64,000 nucleotides of DNA from Phyllosticta citribraziliensis. Taxonomy: Eukaryota. Both the position numbers and the translations under genes were made by a program. The notes under the pieces were generated by a model. The model worked only from the letters and a program-made list of their open reading frames with translations, was not told the DNA's origin and did not search any database. Where the stretch lies: contig NW_027117341.1 in assembly GCF_038025025.1 (NCBI RefSeq), positions 682,001 through 746,000 of the forward strand, given 5' to 3'. Shown one piece after another: positions 11,692 to 24,320 of the stretch (the first letter of the stretch is position 1; each line of letters opens with the position of its first letter).

Positions 11692-14600
11692 CTACAGCTT
11701 GACAAGCCTCAACATGAAAGTGGCCCTCTGAACCTCCTGCTCTTCCTCCGCGATGATCGCATCTTCTGCGTTCTCCGGCGCCTTGCCCTCCAGTTCGGTG
11801 ACCTCGTGCTTGTCCAGTGGTCTCCGCAGCGCCTTGACCATCATGCTAGTGTGGCTCTCAAACACCTTCTCGATGCCCGTGCTCTCCGGGTCACTCAACA
11901 CGCGGTACTGCATGCCGACATCGTCGGTCGGCACAAGGCCAGCCTTCTTGCGCAGACGCTGGACGCGGTTGATGATCTCACGGGCCAGGCCTTCTTGCGC
12001 AAGCTCATGGTAAGACTCACAGTCCAGGATGATGAGGACGTCGTTGTCGGTGTTGACCTCTTGGGTCTTGCTGGCCGCGCTCTCCTTGAGGCCACGCTTG
12101 ACGAGAAGGTCCTCGGGACCCAGCTCGATGCCGTCGACGGTGATGGCACCGTTCTTGAGGTAAGCCTTGACGTCATCCGTGGAAAGGCTGGGCAGAGCCT
12201 TCTTCACCTTGACTGCATCCTTCTTGAGCTTCTTGCCCAAGACCGCCCAGTCAGCAGAGACGCTGTACTGAACATTGTACTTTTCCTCGTCAGCAGAGAG
12301 CACAAGGTCGCGCACGTTCATCTCCTCGCAGATGTAGCTCTCGAGCGACTTGACGTCATCAAGATATTGCTGGTCGGGGTGAATGATAACCAAGGTCTTG
12401 AGCGGCGTCTTCAAACCAATGTTCTTGCGTTCGCGCGACACGCGGCTCAGGTCGATGACAGCCGCCATGCGGGCCACCCGGCGCTCAACAACCTCGTCAA
12501 AGAGCTCTTCACGGACCTCGGGGAACGCAAGGAAGTGAATGGAGCGGGAGTCCTCGGCAAGGAGGCTGTCAGGAATGAGGGGGAGAAGACGCTGGTAGAT
12601 GTTGTCGGTGATGAAAGGAGTGAAGGGGGCGAGGCCACGGATGAGGGTGAAGATGACGTCGAACAGAGTGTTGAGAGCATGCTTGGTGTCGTCAATGCCG
12701 TACTCGCCCTTGAGGCGGCGGCGGTTGAGCTTGATGTACCAGTTTGTGGTGTTCTCGATGAGGCCAAGCAATCTAGGCACAACAGTGTAAAGCCTGTAAC
12801 CGGCCATCTCCTGGTTGACGAACTTGAGCAAGCTCTGACAGCTGGCCATGATCCAGCGGTCCATGACGTTGGTGTTCTGCTTTTGAATAGAAGGATCGAA
12901 CTTGAATTCGACACCAGCGACCTTCTTGAGCAGCGCAACTTGTTGCTCGAAGAAGTTGTAGCTGTTCCAGAGAGGAAGCAGCACCTTGGAGACAATCTCC
13001 CTGACACCAGCTTCCTTAAACCTCAGAGGCTCAGCTCGGACAACGGGCGAGTTGATGAGGTACAGACGGAGTGCGTCAGATCCATATTCATCCATAATCT
13101 TGGAGGGATCGGGGTAGTTCTTCAAGCGCTTCGACATCTTCTTTCCATCCTCGGCCAGAACAATACCGTTAACAACACAGTTCTTGAAAGGTAGCTTTCC
13201 AAACAGATGAACACCAAGGACGGTCATGGTGTAGAACCATCCTCTAGTCTGGTCAAGACCCTCAGCGATGAAGTCACCAGGGAAGGAGGACTCGAATTTG
13301 TCCTTGTTCTCGAAGGGGTAGTGCTGAGAAGCATAAGGCATGCTTCCAGACTCGAACCAGCAGTCAAAGACTTCCTCGATCCTCCTCAAGACACCCTTGC
13401 CTTGCTTGCTAGGGATCGTAATGTGGTCAATCTTGTGACGGTGCAGGTCGGTCAACTCGCCCTCGTAGCCACTCAACTCCTTCAACTCCTGGACGCTGCC
13501 GACGCAGACGACCTCCTTGAAGTCCTCACTGACCCACAGGGGAATGGGCGTGCCCCAGTAGCGGTTTCGGGAAACGGCCCAGTCACGCGCATTGGAGATC
13601 CAGCTTGCGAAGCGCTTCTCCTTGACGAAAGAGGGCACCCAGTGGGACTTGTCGATACCATCGAGCATCTGAGGGATAATCTCGGGGATGCGGACGAACC
13701 ACGAAGGCACAGCGCGGTAGATGAGAGGGGTGTCAGATCTCCAGCAGAAGGGGTAGCTGTGAGTAATCTGGCTGTCCACGATTACGCGGCCATTGGCCTT
13801 CAGGTGCTTGATGATGACCTTGTCGGCTTCCTTGACGTGCAAGCCAGCAAAGTCACGGACCTCGGGCAGGAAAATACCGGTCTCGTCGACCGGGTTTGGT
13901 GCAGGCTTCTTTTCGCTAAAGACGCCGGCCTTCAAACAGACGTTATAATCGTCCTCACCGAACGACGGGGCGTTGTGGACAATACCAGTACCACTGTCTG
14001 CCGTAACATAGTCGGCATTCAACAGCTTGAAAGCGGTGTCCTTGAAATCCTCCTTGAAATAGTCAAACGGAGGCTCGTACTTCCAGCCGAGCATATCAGT
14101 CCCCTTGAGCTTTTGTACAACCTTGTACTTGGCCTTCTTGGGGTCCTTGTACAGCGTGCGCAAAAGATTTTCGAGGAGAATGTAGTTGCGCCCCGAAGCC
14201 TCGTCGTGAATCTTGACGTACTCGAAGTTCGGGTTGGCCGCCAGGGCCATGTGGGACGGGAGTGTCCACGGCGTGGTCGTCCAGGCCAGGAAACCGGTGT
14301 TGGGGTCCTCGACGAGGGGGAAGTAAATGACAATGGCCGGGTCCTGCACGTCCTTGTAGTTTTGTTGCGCCTCAAAGTTGCTAAGAGGGGTGTTGAGGGC
14401 GGTCGAATATGGCATGACCTTGAAGCCGCGGTAGACAGCGTCCTTCTCGAAGAGCTGCTTGAAAACCCACCACTCGGACTCCATGAACTGGGGGTTCATA
14501 GTCTACAAATCCTCCGTCAGCCAGAGTCGCCGTCTCCTACGCCATCGCGCCAAGAACAAACCTTGTAATCGTTGTCAAAATCGATCCAGCGACCCAGCCG

Positions 14601-14990
14601 GTCAATGGTCTGCCTCCATTCTGACGCAAACCTCATGACGATGGCCCTGCACTCCTCATTGTACTTTTCAAGGCCAATGTCCATGACAGCGTCGCGGCCA
14701 CTCTTTCCCAGCTTCTTGTCGATTTCGTGCTCAATCGGCACGCCATGAGTATCCCAGCCAAACCGCCTCTCCACGTATCGTCCCTTCATGGACCAATACC
14801 GCGGGATAATGTCCTTGATGGTCGAGGCAAGCAAATGGCCGTAGTGAGGAAGGCCGGTCGCGAAAGGCGGACCATCGTAAAAAGTGTAGGGCGGCTTGCC
14901 CTTCGAGAGCTCGACTTGGCGCTGAAATGCATCGATTTCTTTCCAAAGCGCGAGGACGCGCTCCTCTTCCTTGGGAAAGGAGATGGACAT
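11692..14990 (-). CDS. ILS1: Cytoplasmic isoleucyl-tRNA synthetase (intron 14561-14503)
   Basis: [14 protein letters not shown] (HIGH-type), [38 protein letters not shown]. Confidence 0.98.
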
Positions 14991-15268
14991 GGTCGCGGTG
15001 TGCGGGCAGACCCAGGTCCTCTGCTTGCCGTAGGACGGGAGAGAATTGAGGGCGTGCGGCGGGGTATGTGCGTTGAGTGGTGGTGCAGCCCAGGTGGGAT
15101 GGCGGGCAGTTCCAAATTTCGGAGGTGACTGGGCCGTGAGTCAGACCGCCGCGGCGAACGACGGCAAGGCCGCAAGGCACGAATTTTGTATGCAAGGAAC
15201 CAAAACCATCTTTTTGGCGACATGGTTGATTTATGGAATTGTACAAGCTAATTTGTGACCACATGCAA

Positions 15269-18200
15269 CTATTCGACGTCGCCCTCGGCTTCTTCTTCTT
15301 CGTCGTCATCGTCATCGTCGTCCTCATCATCTTCCCCATCCGAGACCTCCTCTCCAAGTTCCTTGAGACGTTTCTGTGATAGTCGTCAGTGGACAACTCG
15401 AAAATCATGACGGGAAGATTTTGACCGACCTTGTCCTTTGACCTCTTCTCTTCCAAGTCGGACAGAACCATCAACATGTCGTCCAGCTCGCCTTGTGCGC
15501 TAGCTCTGGCTTCTTCTTTCTCCTTTGCTTCGGCCTTTGCCTTTGCGAGAGCCTCATCCTTCTCCTTGACCGAAGCTTCTTGCTTCTGAAGCTGGTTCTT
15601 GAGGTCTTTGACCTCTCCCTTCACCTTTTCAGCCTCCTTCCTCGCTTTCTCGGCGTCCTTCTCTGCCTGTTCGACTTTCTTCGAGAGCTCTTCGACTTGT
15701 GCCGTTTTGCGCCGCAGGGTCTCTTCCAGACTCGTCAAGTTGCCCTGAGTAGTGGATAGGTCGGCGCGCGTCTGGCTGAAATTGAGCTCGACTTCTTTCA
15801 ATTGCTTCGTCGTCTTTTCCAGGTTCTCTTCGGCTTTCTTGGCTCTCTGTTCGAGGCCAGTGATTGTTGCCTTAGCGTCCTTGACCTCCTTGTCAAACTG
15901 CTCATTCTTTTGCCGAAGCTCCGCCACCAGCTTCTTCGATGTGTCCAAGTCCCTCTCGGCATACCTGCTACGCTCGTCAAGCGCCTGCCGTTCCCTCTTC
16001 AACTGCGCAAGCTCCTGATCATGCTGCTCTTTTGATCTTGCTACTTGAGCCAGAGCATCTCTCTGGCGCTGCTGGAGTTGCACATTCAAGCTAGCTGTTT
16101 CCCTCTTCTGCTGCTCCTCCAATTGGGCTAGTTTGTCCTTCCATTCGGCTTCCAACTTGGCCATTGCCTGCTCGTGGCTGTTTTGAAGGGATTCATTCGT
16201 TTGTCTGACCCTGGTCAACTCTGTAGAAGAGGTCTCATGGTCTTTGCGGTGGACAGCTTGCTCTTCGTTGAGCTGTCTCTCGAGGGCCAACAATTGGGAC
16301 TCGGCGTTTTGCAACGCCTTGGCCTTGTCATCGAGCTGGCCTCGTAGAGAGTCCACCAGGTCACGATCCACACCATCAGGATTCTGATGAATCTCGATAC
16401 CTGGGTACCTGTCAATTGCGCGCGACATTCTGCTAAAGTTATCCTTGAGAAAATCAACAAAAGTCGCGTCGAAATAGACGTCAGGGAGCGTTCCGCCGTA
16501 TTGTGATGTGCCGCCCTGAGGCAAAACCTCGAATTCGCGCACAAGTGGGTGGGTCCGAAGTTGGGTTATAGCATCCAGATATTTCTCCCGCCCAAGTCGG
16601 TTCAAGAGTATAGGTTGGAAGTCTCGTCTCGGGATAGGTGAGTCTTTGGTAGAAAACTCGTAGATGATGCCAAGTAGCACCGCGCAGAGACCACGCACAA
16701 CAGGTTTGTCGGTGGTGGTGCGAGCAGCCGTAGTAACGAGTGATTGGATACTGCTACCTTCGCCCAAAAAGTCGTTGACAGCATCAGGGTCTTCGAATAG
16801 CCACCCGCATAAAAGCTGAAGGTAGCCGATTGTGATTCGTTCATCCTCCCCATTCGCAAGTCCGGCAATCAGATTGCTGCTCATGGCCTGTATGCAAGTA
16901 ACCACTTCTTCCCCGCTCTCCGCATCGCCTTCAACTACGCCCATGAGCAGGCTTTTGGCATCCGGATTTTCAAATATGAGATGGAAGGCAATGACAGAGG
17001 CAAACCAGAGCCGGTATGAATCGACTGTCTGGAAACTGTGCGGGCCACGGATGAGGGTAGTCACCACGTTCGCAGAGTCATCTTCGCCAGCGAGGTGAAC
17101 GTTGATGGCGTGGTTCAAAAAGTGGCGCCCGGTCTGGTCATGGTTGTGAAAGTAGGCCTTCAAACATTCGCATGCGGCAAAACGAGCATCGAACAGTTGG
17201 ACAGATGCGGCGGCAAGGATGAGATGGAGGAGCGCTTCGATGACGTGGACATGGGTGACACCATTATGAAGCTTTTCACCATTGACCTGTTCCGGTGGAC
17301 TTGTTGCGATGGTGACCTGGGTTTGCGCAAAGATTTCCTGAAGTCGCGCATTGCCTCGGATCACATCACCACACACATAAAGGGCCTATGGATATTAGCG
17401 ATTGAACGGAAAACTGCTGGGAATACTGACTTGCGACCTGATGGGCACCGATGCCGACTCATCAAAGGCCAGATCGAGACATTGTTGGAGAAGACCGTGT
17501 TTGTAGAACGCGTCCTGATTGGCTGGAGTTCCTATGCTGCCCCTGACGACAAACATTCGAAGAACCCCAAGCAAGCCGTACAGATTCTTTTCTTTCGAAG
17601 GGCTCTCCCAAGCATCATCATCTGGGCCTGGACCTTTTGGCTGGGGGGTGTGGACACCGTTTTGAATAAGGTGCGCAAGCTTGGGCATGCAACCAGATTC
17701 CCTAAAGGCCAACTGGTTTGACGCGTTGTACTGGATGAGGTTCGCCATCAGAGTCAGGCAGTCCTGAACGACAATTTCGCCTTGTCTGATGAGCCCGTCG
17801 GCCTCGATCAAAATGAATATCTTCTCGAACGCATTTTGGAACGCGACAATCTTTTGGAGCTCAGGGGACGACTGCGTCAAGTCAATGAGGAGGTCGATGG
17901 CAACTGCAGTGTGTCAGCGTGTGGTCTCTGGCCGTCAGCATCCATCTCACCCTCTCTGACTGGCTCCCTGGGATCATCCAGTGTTGCAACAAGTCTGGGT
18001 ATTCCGAGCGGCGCGGACAGTATGCATTCCTGGGTCCTCTCTGGTCTCAACCTGGAAATATCTTTGAGAAGCTTGAGGGCATAGCGGCGGGAGTAAAAGT
18101 CGTGATTCTCGAGGAGATCGAGGAGAATGGTGATGTTGTCTTGGCGCTACCATGAGCTCAGTACAAGCTGGACTAGGGGGAGCACCAAGCTTACTTGAGT

Positions 18201-18587
18201 GAACTCGTCGGCCATCCACAGGGAAATGTCTTCAGAAGCTTCAGGCTGTAGCACGCAGGGTCATTCAGCATTCCATTGGCTACACTGGTCCGATTGATTG
18301 CCGCTACATACACTATTGTCATCTGGGTTGAACAGCATCAACAGCGTCTCCAGCAACACCTTTATTGTGTCCAGATCCTCCGCATCCTTGGTCAGGGCAC
18401 TAATGAGATTGCGCAGAGCCCCGGACGCTACAGAAGCTGGAAACTGCTTGGCGAAGCTCCGCAAGCCCAGCACAGCAGCACGTCGGTCCTCGAGGAGAGT
18501 GGCGCTTGAAAGACGGCTGCATAATGTGTCGATGGTAGCAGTGGCTGTTTGCTTTGGCGGCGCTTGCGCCTCGAGCGCGCGCAACAT
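15269..18587 (-). CDS. USO1: Vesicle tethering factor Uso1/p115 (about 6 exons)
   Basis: TIDTLCSRLSSATLLEDRRAAVLGLRSF, QKIVAFQNAFEKIF, armadillo-type head, long coiled coil, ELDDMLMVLSDLEEKRSKDK and an acidic tail ending AEGDVE*. Confidence 0.93.
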
Positions 18588-19096
18588 GTTGTTCTGGACG
18601 GGCACTGGGCGATGTCTAGCGGAGGAGCATCGTAGGACGGCGGCGGTGTGGAATTCGGGGACGAGTTAGGGACGCAGTGGTTGCAGAGGGAGTCGACGCG
18701 TCTGTTCCTTAGGTTGGCCGAAAGCTGTCCCAAACCACAGGTGAACCGTGCCCGCTCGCGATGGATGCGGGCCCCTCGGCCCCGGTGCCGGTGCCCTTTT
18801 CTTGGCGCCCGCACCGCCTGGCCCGAGCACCACCTGCAGCTGCCCTGCTCCAGCGACGCGCCGCGTTCCGCTCCGTCGACAACCATCTTTGACATCTTGC
18901 TCCAACAATACAATCTCGGTCGCATTCTTACACGGAATGCGCATTGAGCACGTCAATCGCTTCTAAAACCAACCTTGGGCGCTGCCCGCGTCCCGCCTGT
19001 CAGCTCGACAGCTACGTCGCCTCGAGTTTCGCCGCCGAAGTCTCTTCCACGCCCTCGACTTGACCCTACCCGCGCACCTCGCTCTCGCCCGCAACC

Positions 19097-22000
19097 ATGG
19101 GTGTTCCGGCGCTTTTCAGATGGCTTTCGCAAAAATACCCCAAGATCGTCTCTACGGTGGCGGAGGAAAAGCCGCTGGAGTATGCCGATGGCTCCAAGAT
19201 GCCAGTCGATACAACAAAGCCAAATCCAAACGGCGAAGAAATGGACAACCTGTACCTCGACATGAACGGCATCGTTCATCCTTGCTCCCACCCTGAGGAC
19301 AAGCCGGCGCCCGAGACCGAGGAAGAAATGATGTTGGAAGTGTTCAAGTACACGGAGAGAGTGGTGAACATGGTGCGGCCGAGGAAGATATTGATGATCG
19401 CTGTCGGTATGTTAAGATGCCCCGTCATGGCAAACTTCAGGGCCCAGTGCTCCCCGGGAACTGTCACTGAGCGCCTGCATGACACGTCTCGAGAGGTCGC
19501 CCTTGTTGCTACTGTCGTTGGCTTTGTTCAACAAACGTGCTGACATTTGCAGATGGCGTTGCCCCGCGCGCCAAAATGAATCAACAACGCTCACGCCGAT
19601 TCCGTGCCGCCCAGGAAGCCAAGCAAAAGGACGAAGACCAGGCAGAGTTCATGAAGATGCTCAAAGCAAAACGGGAGACGAGTGGAGAAGAAGGGGTCCA
19701 CGAGGCAATCGTCAAGAAGACGTGGGATAGCAATTCGATCACCCCAGGAACGCCATTCATGGATATTCTCGCCAAGAGTCTGCGTTACTGGTGTGCTTAC
19801 AAGTTGAATACTGATCCAGCTTGGGAGATGGTATGTCCGAATCCCACAAACACACTCCTCCCCCTACTGACATATTGCAGTTGAAAGTCATCATCTCCGA
19901 CGCTACTGTGCCTGGAGAGGGTGAGCACAAGATCATGGAATTTGTCCGCTCGCAGAGACGGTCTCAAGGCCACGATCCCAACACGCGTCACGTCATGTAT
20001 GGATTGGATGCCGATCTGATTATGCTGGGTCTGGCGACTCACGAGCCTCATTTTCGTATCCTTCGCGAAGACGTCTTCTTCCAAGATTCCAAGGCAAGGG
20101 CCTGCAAAATTTGCGGTCAGACAGGTCACTACGCAGATCAGTGCAAAGGCGAAATCAAGGTCAAGCAAGATGAACACGACATCAAGCAGGCACCAGTTGC
20201 GGAGAAACCTTTCATTTGGCTGCACGTGTCGATCCTCCGTGAGTATTTGGCCGCTGAGCTGAATGTGCGGAATCAAGGATTTCCTTTTGACTTGGAGAGA
20301 GCTCTCGACGACTGGGTTTTCATGTGCTTTTTCGTCGGGAATGACTTTTTGCCTCATCTCCCCAGTTTGGAGATCAGAGAGGGCGGAATCGATACCCTCA
20401 TCGCCATCTGGCGGGATTGCTTGCCCGCCATGGGTGGCTATGTCACAAAGGATGGCCATGTGGACTTGAAAAAGGCACAGGTCATCCTCCAGGGTCTCGC
20501 CAAGCAGGAGGATGCTATTTTCAAGCGTCGCAAGGTATCGGAAGATAAGAGGGAAAGAAATTTCGCACGCAGGAAAGAACGGGAAGATGCAAACAGAGCG
20601 CGAATTGAAGCTGCTGCCGCACGAAAGCGCCCGAGGGTGTCCAACGAGGGCCCCAACACGCCTTCGGCCGGCAAGGGCGGAAGGAAAGGGGAGACGGCTG
20701 AAGATTTCATCAACAACGTCCCTCTGTTCGCCCCGGGAGAACTCCAGTCTAAAGAGGCTAGATCGATGACACACGAGAACTTCGTGAATCGAAAGGCAAT
20801 GTTCCAGGCAAATCAGAGCACTGCTAACCAAGCGAACAAGAGCGCGGCTGCCATGTTGAAGGAGAGCTTGAAAAAGCCTCCTGGACAAGCGTCAGAGGGC
20901 TCGAATGGAGCGATGGACGTTGACTCTACACCCGCCACTCCAGGTGGCGACCCGACGACCTCTCCACTTGGAAAGAGAAAGGCCGAGACGCAAGAGGTTG
21001 AGGCCACCGAGATTCCTGGCCAGGAAACCCCCGACGTTTTGTCCACACCCAAGGCCGAAGAGCCCGAGGACACTGTGCGATTGTGGGAGGATGGGTACGC
21101 AGACCGGTACTACGAGCAAAAGTTCCACGTTGATCCCTCAGACCACGAGTTCCGGCACAAAGTTGCTAGAGATTACGTCGAGGGACTCGCCTGGGTGCTT
21201 CTCTACTACTTTCAGGGATGCGCTTCCTGGACTTGGTACTACCCTCACCACTATGCTCCGTTTGCGGCAGACTTTGTCGACATAAGTGACATGGAAATCA
21301 AGTTCGACAAGGGCACGCCGTTCAAGCCTTACGAGCAACTGATGGGTGTCCTGCCTGCTGCGTCGAACCATGCCATTCCAGAGGTATTCCGGCCCTTGAT
21401 GACCGATGAAGAGAGTGACATTGTCGACTTTTATCCAGAAGACTTTGTTGTCGACCTCAATGGGCAAAAGGTGTCGTGGAAGGGTGTTGCTCTCCTTCCC
21501 TTCATCGACGAGAAACGACTTTTGAAGGCCATGGGAACAAAGTACCACTTGCTAACAGCAGAGGAACACGCTCGCAATGAGTTTGGAAAGGACGTGCTCT
21601 TGTTCTCCACAAGGCATCCGCTGTACGAGGAAGTCGCCAAGGTGTTTTACTCGAAAAAGCAGGACCAAACAAAACACAAGCTTGACCCTCTGGTGAGCCA
21701 AGGACTCTCAGGCAAGGTCGAAAAGAACGAGGACTACCTGCCCGAGAGCGCCTTGGTATTCCCGTTAGAGACCAAGGGCATGCCGGACTTGGACGAGGAC
21801 AAATCTATCAGGTGAGTACACATTCTTTCTGCTCTTTGACAATTACTGACAGGCCTCTACAGCGTACATTACGAAATGCCCAAGTCATCTAATGTACACA
21901 AATCGATGATCCTGCGGGGAGCTGAATTTCCTCCGACCGCTCTCGACTCTGCAGATGTCCAAACGATCGCAAGTCGCGCCGAGAACTCGGGTCGCTCTCA

Positions 22001-22640
22001 TGGCGGCGTGCCTCTGCGCAACGACGATCGAGGCTACTCTTCCCACAACCAGAACCGCTACTCGAACGGCCCTCGGCGTGACAACCATCGCAATGGTGGT
22101 CAAATCGATTTCGCACCCCGTGGTCCCCCGTCTGGCCCTGGTCAACGCGGCCCTGGCGGCCAGCTCAATCCTGAGAACCCCTTCGCTGCCTTCATCAACC
22201 CCAACTTCAACCCCGCCATGGGTCACCCACCGCCGCCCCCGCCGCACCATGCGGCTGCCAATGGCTGGGTCCCGCCTCCGCCCAACCTTGCGGCTGCCAA
22301 CGGATTCATGCCGCCTCCACCTGGACGTGGCGGGCAGCAAAACGGCGGCGGGTATGGTGGCGGTTACGGAGGTGGATCTAACAGATCTGGAAGTGGTGGA
22401 TACGGAGGCGGCGGCGGCGGTGGTGGTGGCGGCTACGGCGGCGGAAGACGAGATGATCGTTATGTGCCCGGCGGCGGCAATCGTGGCGACGACAACTACA
22501 GACCAGGTGGTCGCGATGGCGGGCACGACAGCAGGGGAGGCCGTGGCGGTGGAGGACATCGTGGCGGAGGCAGAGGTGGCCATGGACAGGGCGGCCAACG
22601 CGGTGGTCACCGTGGAGGCAATCCGTACGGCAGGCGTTAG
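19097..22640 (+). CDS. RAT1: Nuclear 5'-3' exoribonuclease Rat1/Xrn2 (introns about 19408-19552, 19831-19880, 21812-21862)
   Basis: [62 protein letters not shown], zinc knuckle [16 protein letters not shown]-rich tail. Confidence 0.97.
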
Positions 22641-24096
22641 GATCGTTCCAATCACAGGCCCGGTTGCTGTGGCGGACACAAAGGCAGCGGCGGCTATAGA
22701 AGTGGATGCATACCCCCTTGGCGGCTCTGACTGTGTTAAGCTCTGAAATGCGTTAAGGGGAATTCGACTGCCCAGACAGCCTTTCAGGCCTTGTGTGCGA
22801 GCAAAGATATTGACGCAGGAGGAAAACCGGCACTGGGCATGGGAAACACGGCGTTGAAGCAGCATGAAATGCCTTGAGTCGGGCTTCACTTTTGTCCCCG
22901 CGAATATCAGTTGCGGCGTCAGCTCATGAGTGGATGCGTACCTAGATATTCTTCTCAATGGAATCATGAAAAAGCTTGTTGTGCGACTGCTTAGTCCAAT
23001 GTCATCTTGATCTTGAGGAAAGTGTTTGCGTCTTCCAGGTGTGTTGGGGGTGGTGTGGTAGTGGAGTGTTGCGTCTATGAAGCTGCAACGCATGGTGGTG
23101 TTGTTTGCACGCTGCCTTCATCTTTGATTGCTTACATGTACTGACAATCCACCTGCTCCTTTTACAACGGCAAACATGTGCTTCTTGAGTGCAGCCGCAG
23201 TGCCAGAAGTCATTGCTTCCTTTGACAGCAACTATGGCTCAGGAGGTATGGGACTTCAGTGAGTAGGAAGAGCTTCAGCACCAGGCGACATCGCCGACGG
23301 CCCTTCACTTCAACATGTCACGTTGCTGCAGGTGAACAAGTTTAGCGTTATGATCTGATTACACACTTAATTGTATCCATAAGGTCTCAATCCAAATCCA
23401 TCAATTGTAGTCTCGAGAATATTGACTCCACTCGAGTCGGGGCATCGTACTATCGTCTGTTGCGAGACGATTGCGCGCAACGTCGCCAAAAGGGTGACCC
23501 CCCTTTGCTATGATTTGTTTGGTTAACAGCAAGTTTCCTGTCAGCCTGTGAAACTTGTAGATACACAAAACAGCGGTCCTGACACCAAGCCAATCAAGCT
23601 GTGCAACGACAACGAGAACGTTGTTCGGTGCGCCAACGGCGGCGACTTCAACGCCGCGACAAAGCACATCGACGTGTATTACAGGTACGTCAAACAAGCA
23701 GTGGAGGACGTGTCAGACCAGGCAGCCTGCTCAACCAGCGTGCCTAGTCCGCGATATCGCGTAGGTTCTTCGTCGGTATACCGAAGGACTTGTCGCTGTC
23801 GAGCGATACAGCTGATTAGTCGGCAACGGCGTCGTCGGCGACGGCGTCATTGTTGACTGCATTGCCGGAGTTGATGGTGTTTGAGGCGTTTTCAAGAAGT
23901 GATTCGTCGGCTAGTGAGTCGCCGGGAGGTGAAACAGGAGCTTCGGCGCTCATGATGGCGGCGAATACAGTGAGGTGAGGGAGTCGTTGAGACAACTACA
24001 AGACGATATCGCTGGAGGGCTGATGACGTGATCGCTGCTGGCGGGCAAACGAGAGAGGAGACGGTGCGGTTTGAAGACTCAACACCAAAAGATTGT

Positions 24097-24098
<2 letters not shown>

Positions 24099-24132
<34 letters not shown>
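24099..24132. repeat. (GA)n microsatellite in the retroelement leader
   Basis: About 17 uninterrupted GA units. Confidence 0.95.
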
Positions 24133-24136
<4 letters not shown>

Positions 24137-24145
24137 GTTCACGCG

Positions 24146-24320
24146 AGGGCTCATAACCTGATGAAGTGACTGTGTGAACTGTCGATTCAACTATCTACTG
24201 AACTGTCCGTTTTATGGAAAACACCAGACGGTTTGCCTAATTCGGCACCGCCGTCTGTAAACAGACCTCCGCGATATCGCGGATTAGGCGCGCTGGTTGA
24301 GCAGGTTGTCTGTTCTGATA
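24146..24320 (-). repeat. Complete ~162-bp LTR (24320-24159) followed by primer-binding site GGTTATGAGCCCT (24158-24146)
   Basis: Minus strand reads TATCAGAACAGAC...CAGTCACTTCATCA|GGTTATGAGCCCT. This is followed by a (CT)n leader and a possible gag start at 23953 (MSAEAPVSPPG..). Confidence 0.8.

Noticed and set aside
11692..11703. ILS1 C-terminal VKL as a peroxisomal signal
   Set aside because: Does not fit the (S/A/C)(K/R/H)(L/M) PTS1 consensus.
11806..14568. Two long plus-strand ORFs (462 and 453 aa) antisense to ILS1, evoking sense/antisense synthetase coding
   Set aside because: Both are codon-aligned with ILS1. Antisense stops need TTA/CTA/TCA sense codons, which are rare in a C/G-ending biased gene. 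No protein motifs.
14731..15430. USO1 ORF apparently running into and overlapping ILS1
   Set aside because: Artefact of reading through the last USO1 intron (~15430-15375). The spliced product stops at 15269.
21885..23093. 402-aa antisense and 263-aa alternative-frame ORFs over the RAT1 tail
   Set aside because: Shadow ORFs of GC-rich, Gly/Arg low-complexity coding sequence.
23711..24320. MITE with ~55-bp terminal inverted repeats
   Set aside because: The inverted repeats are two opposite copies of an LTR (TG..CA, primer site, 5-bp TSD at the LTR ends), not DNA-transposon TIRs.
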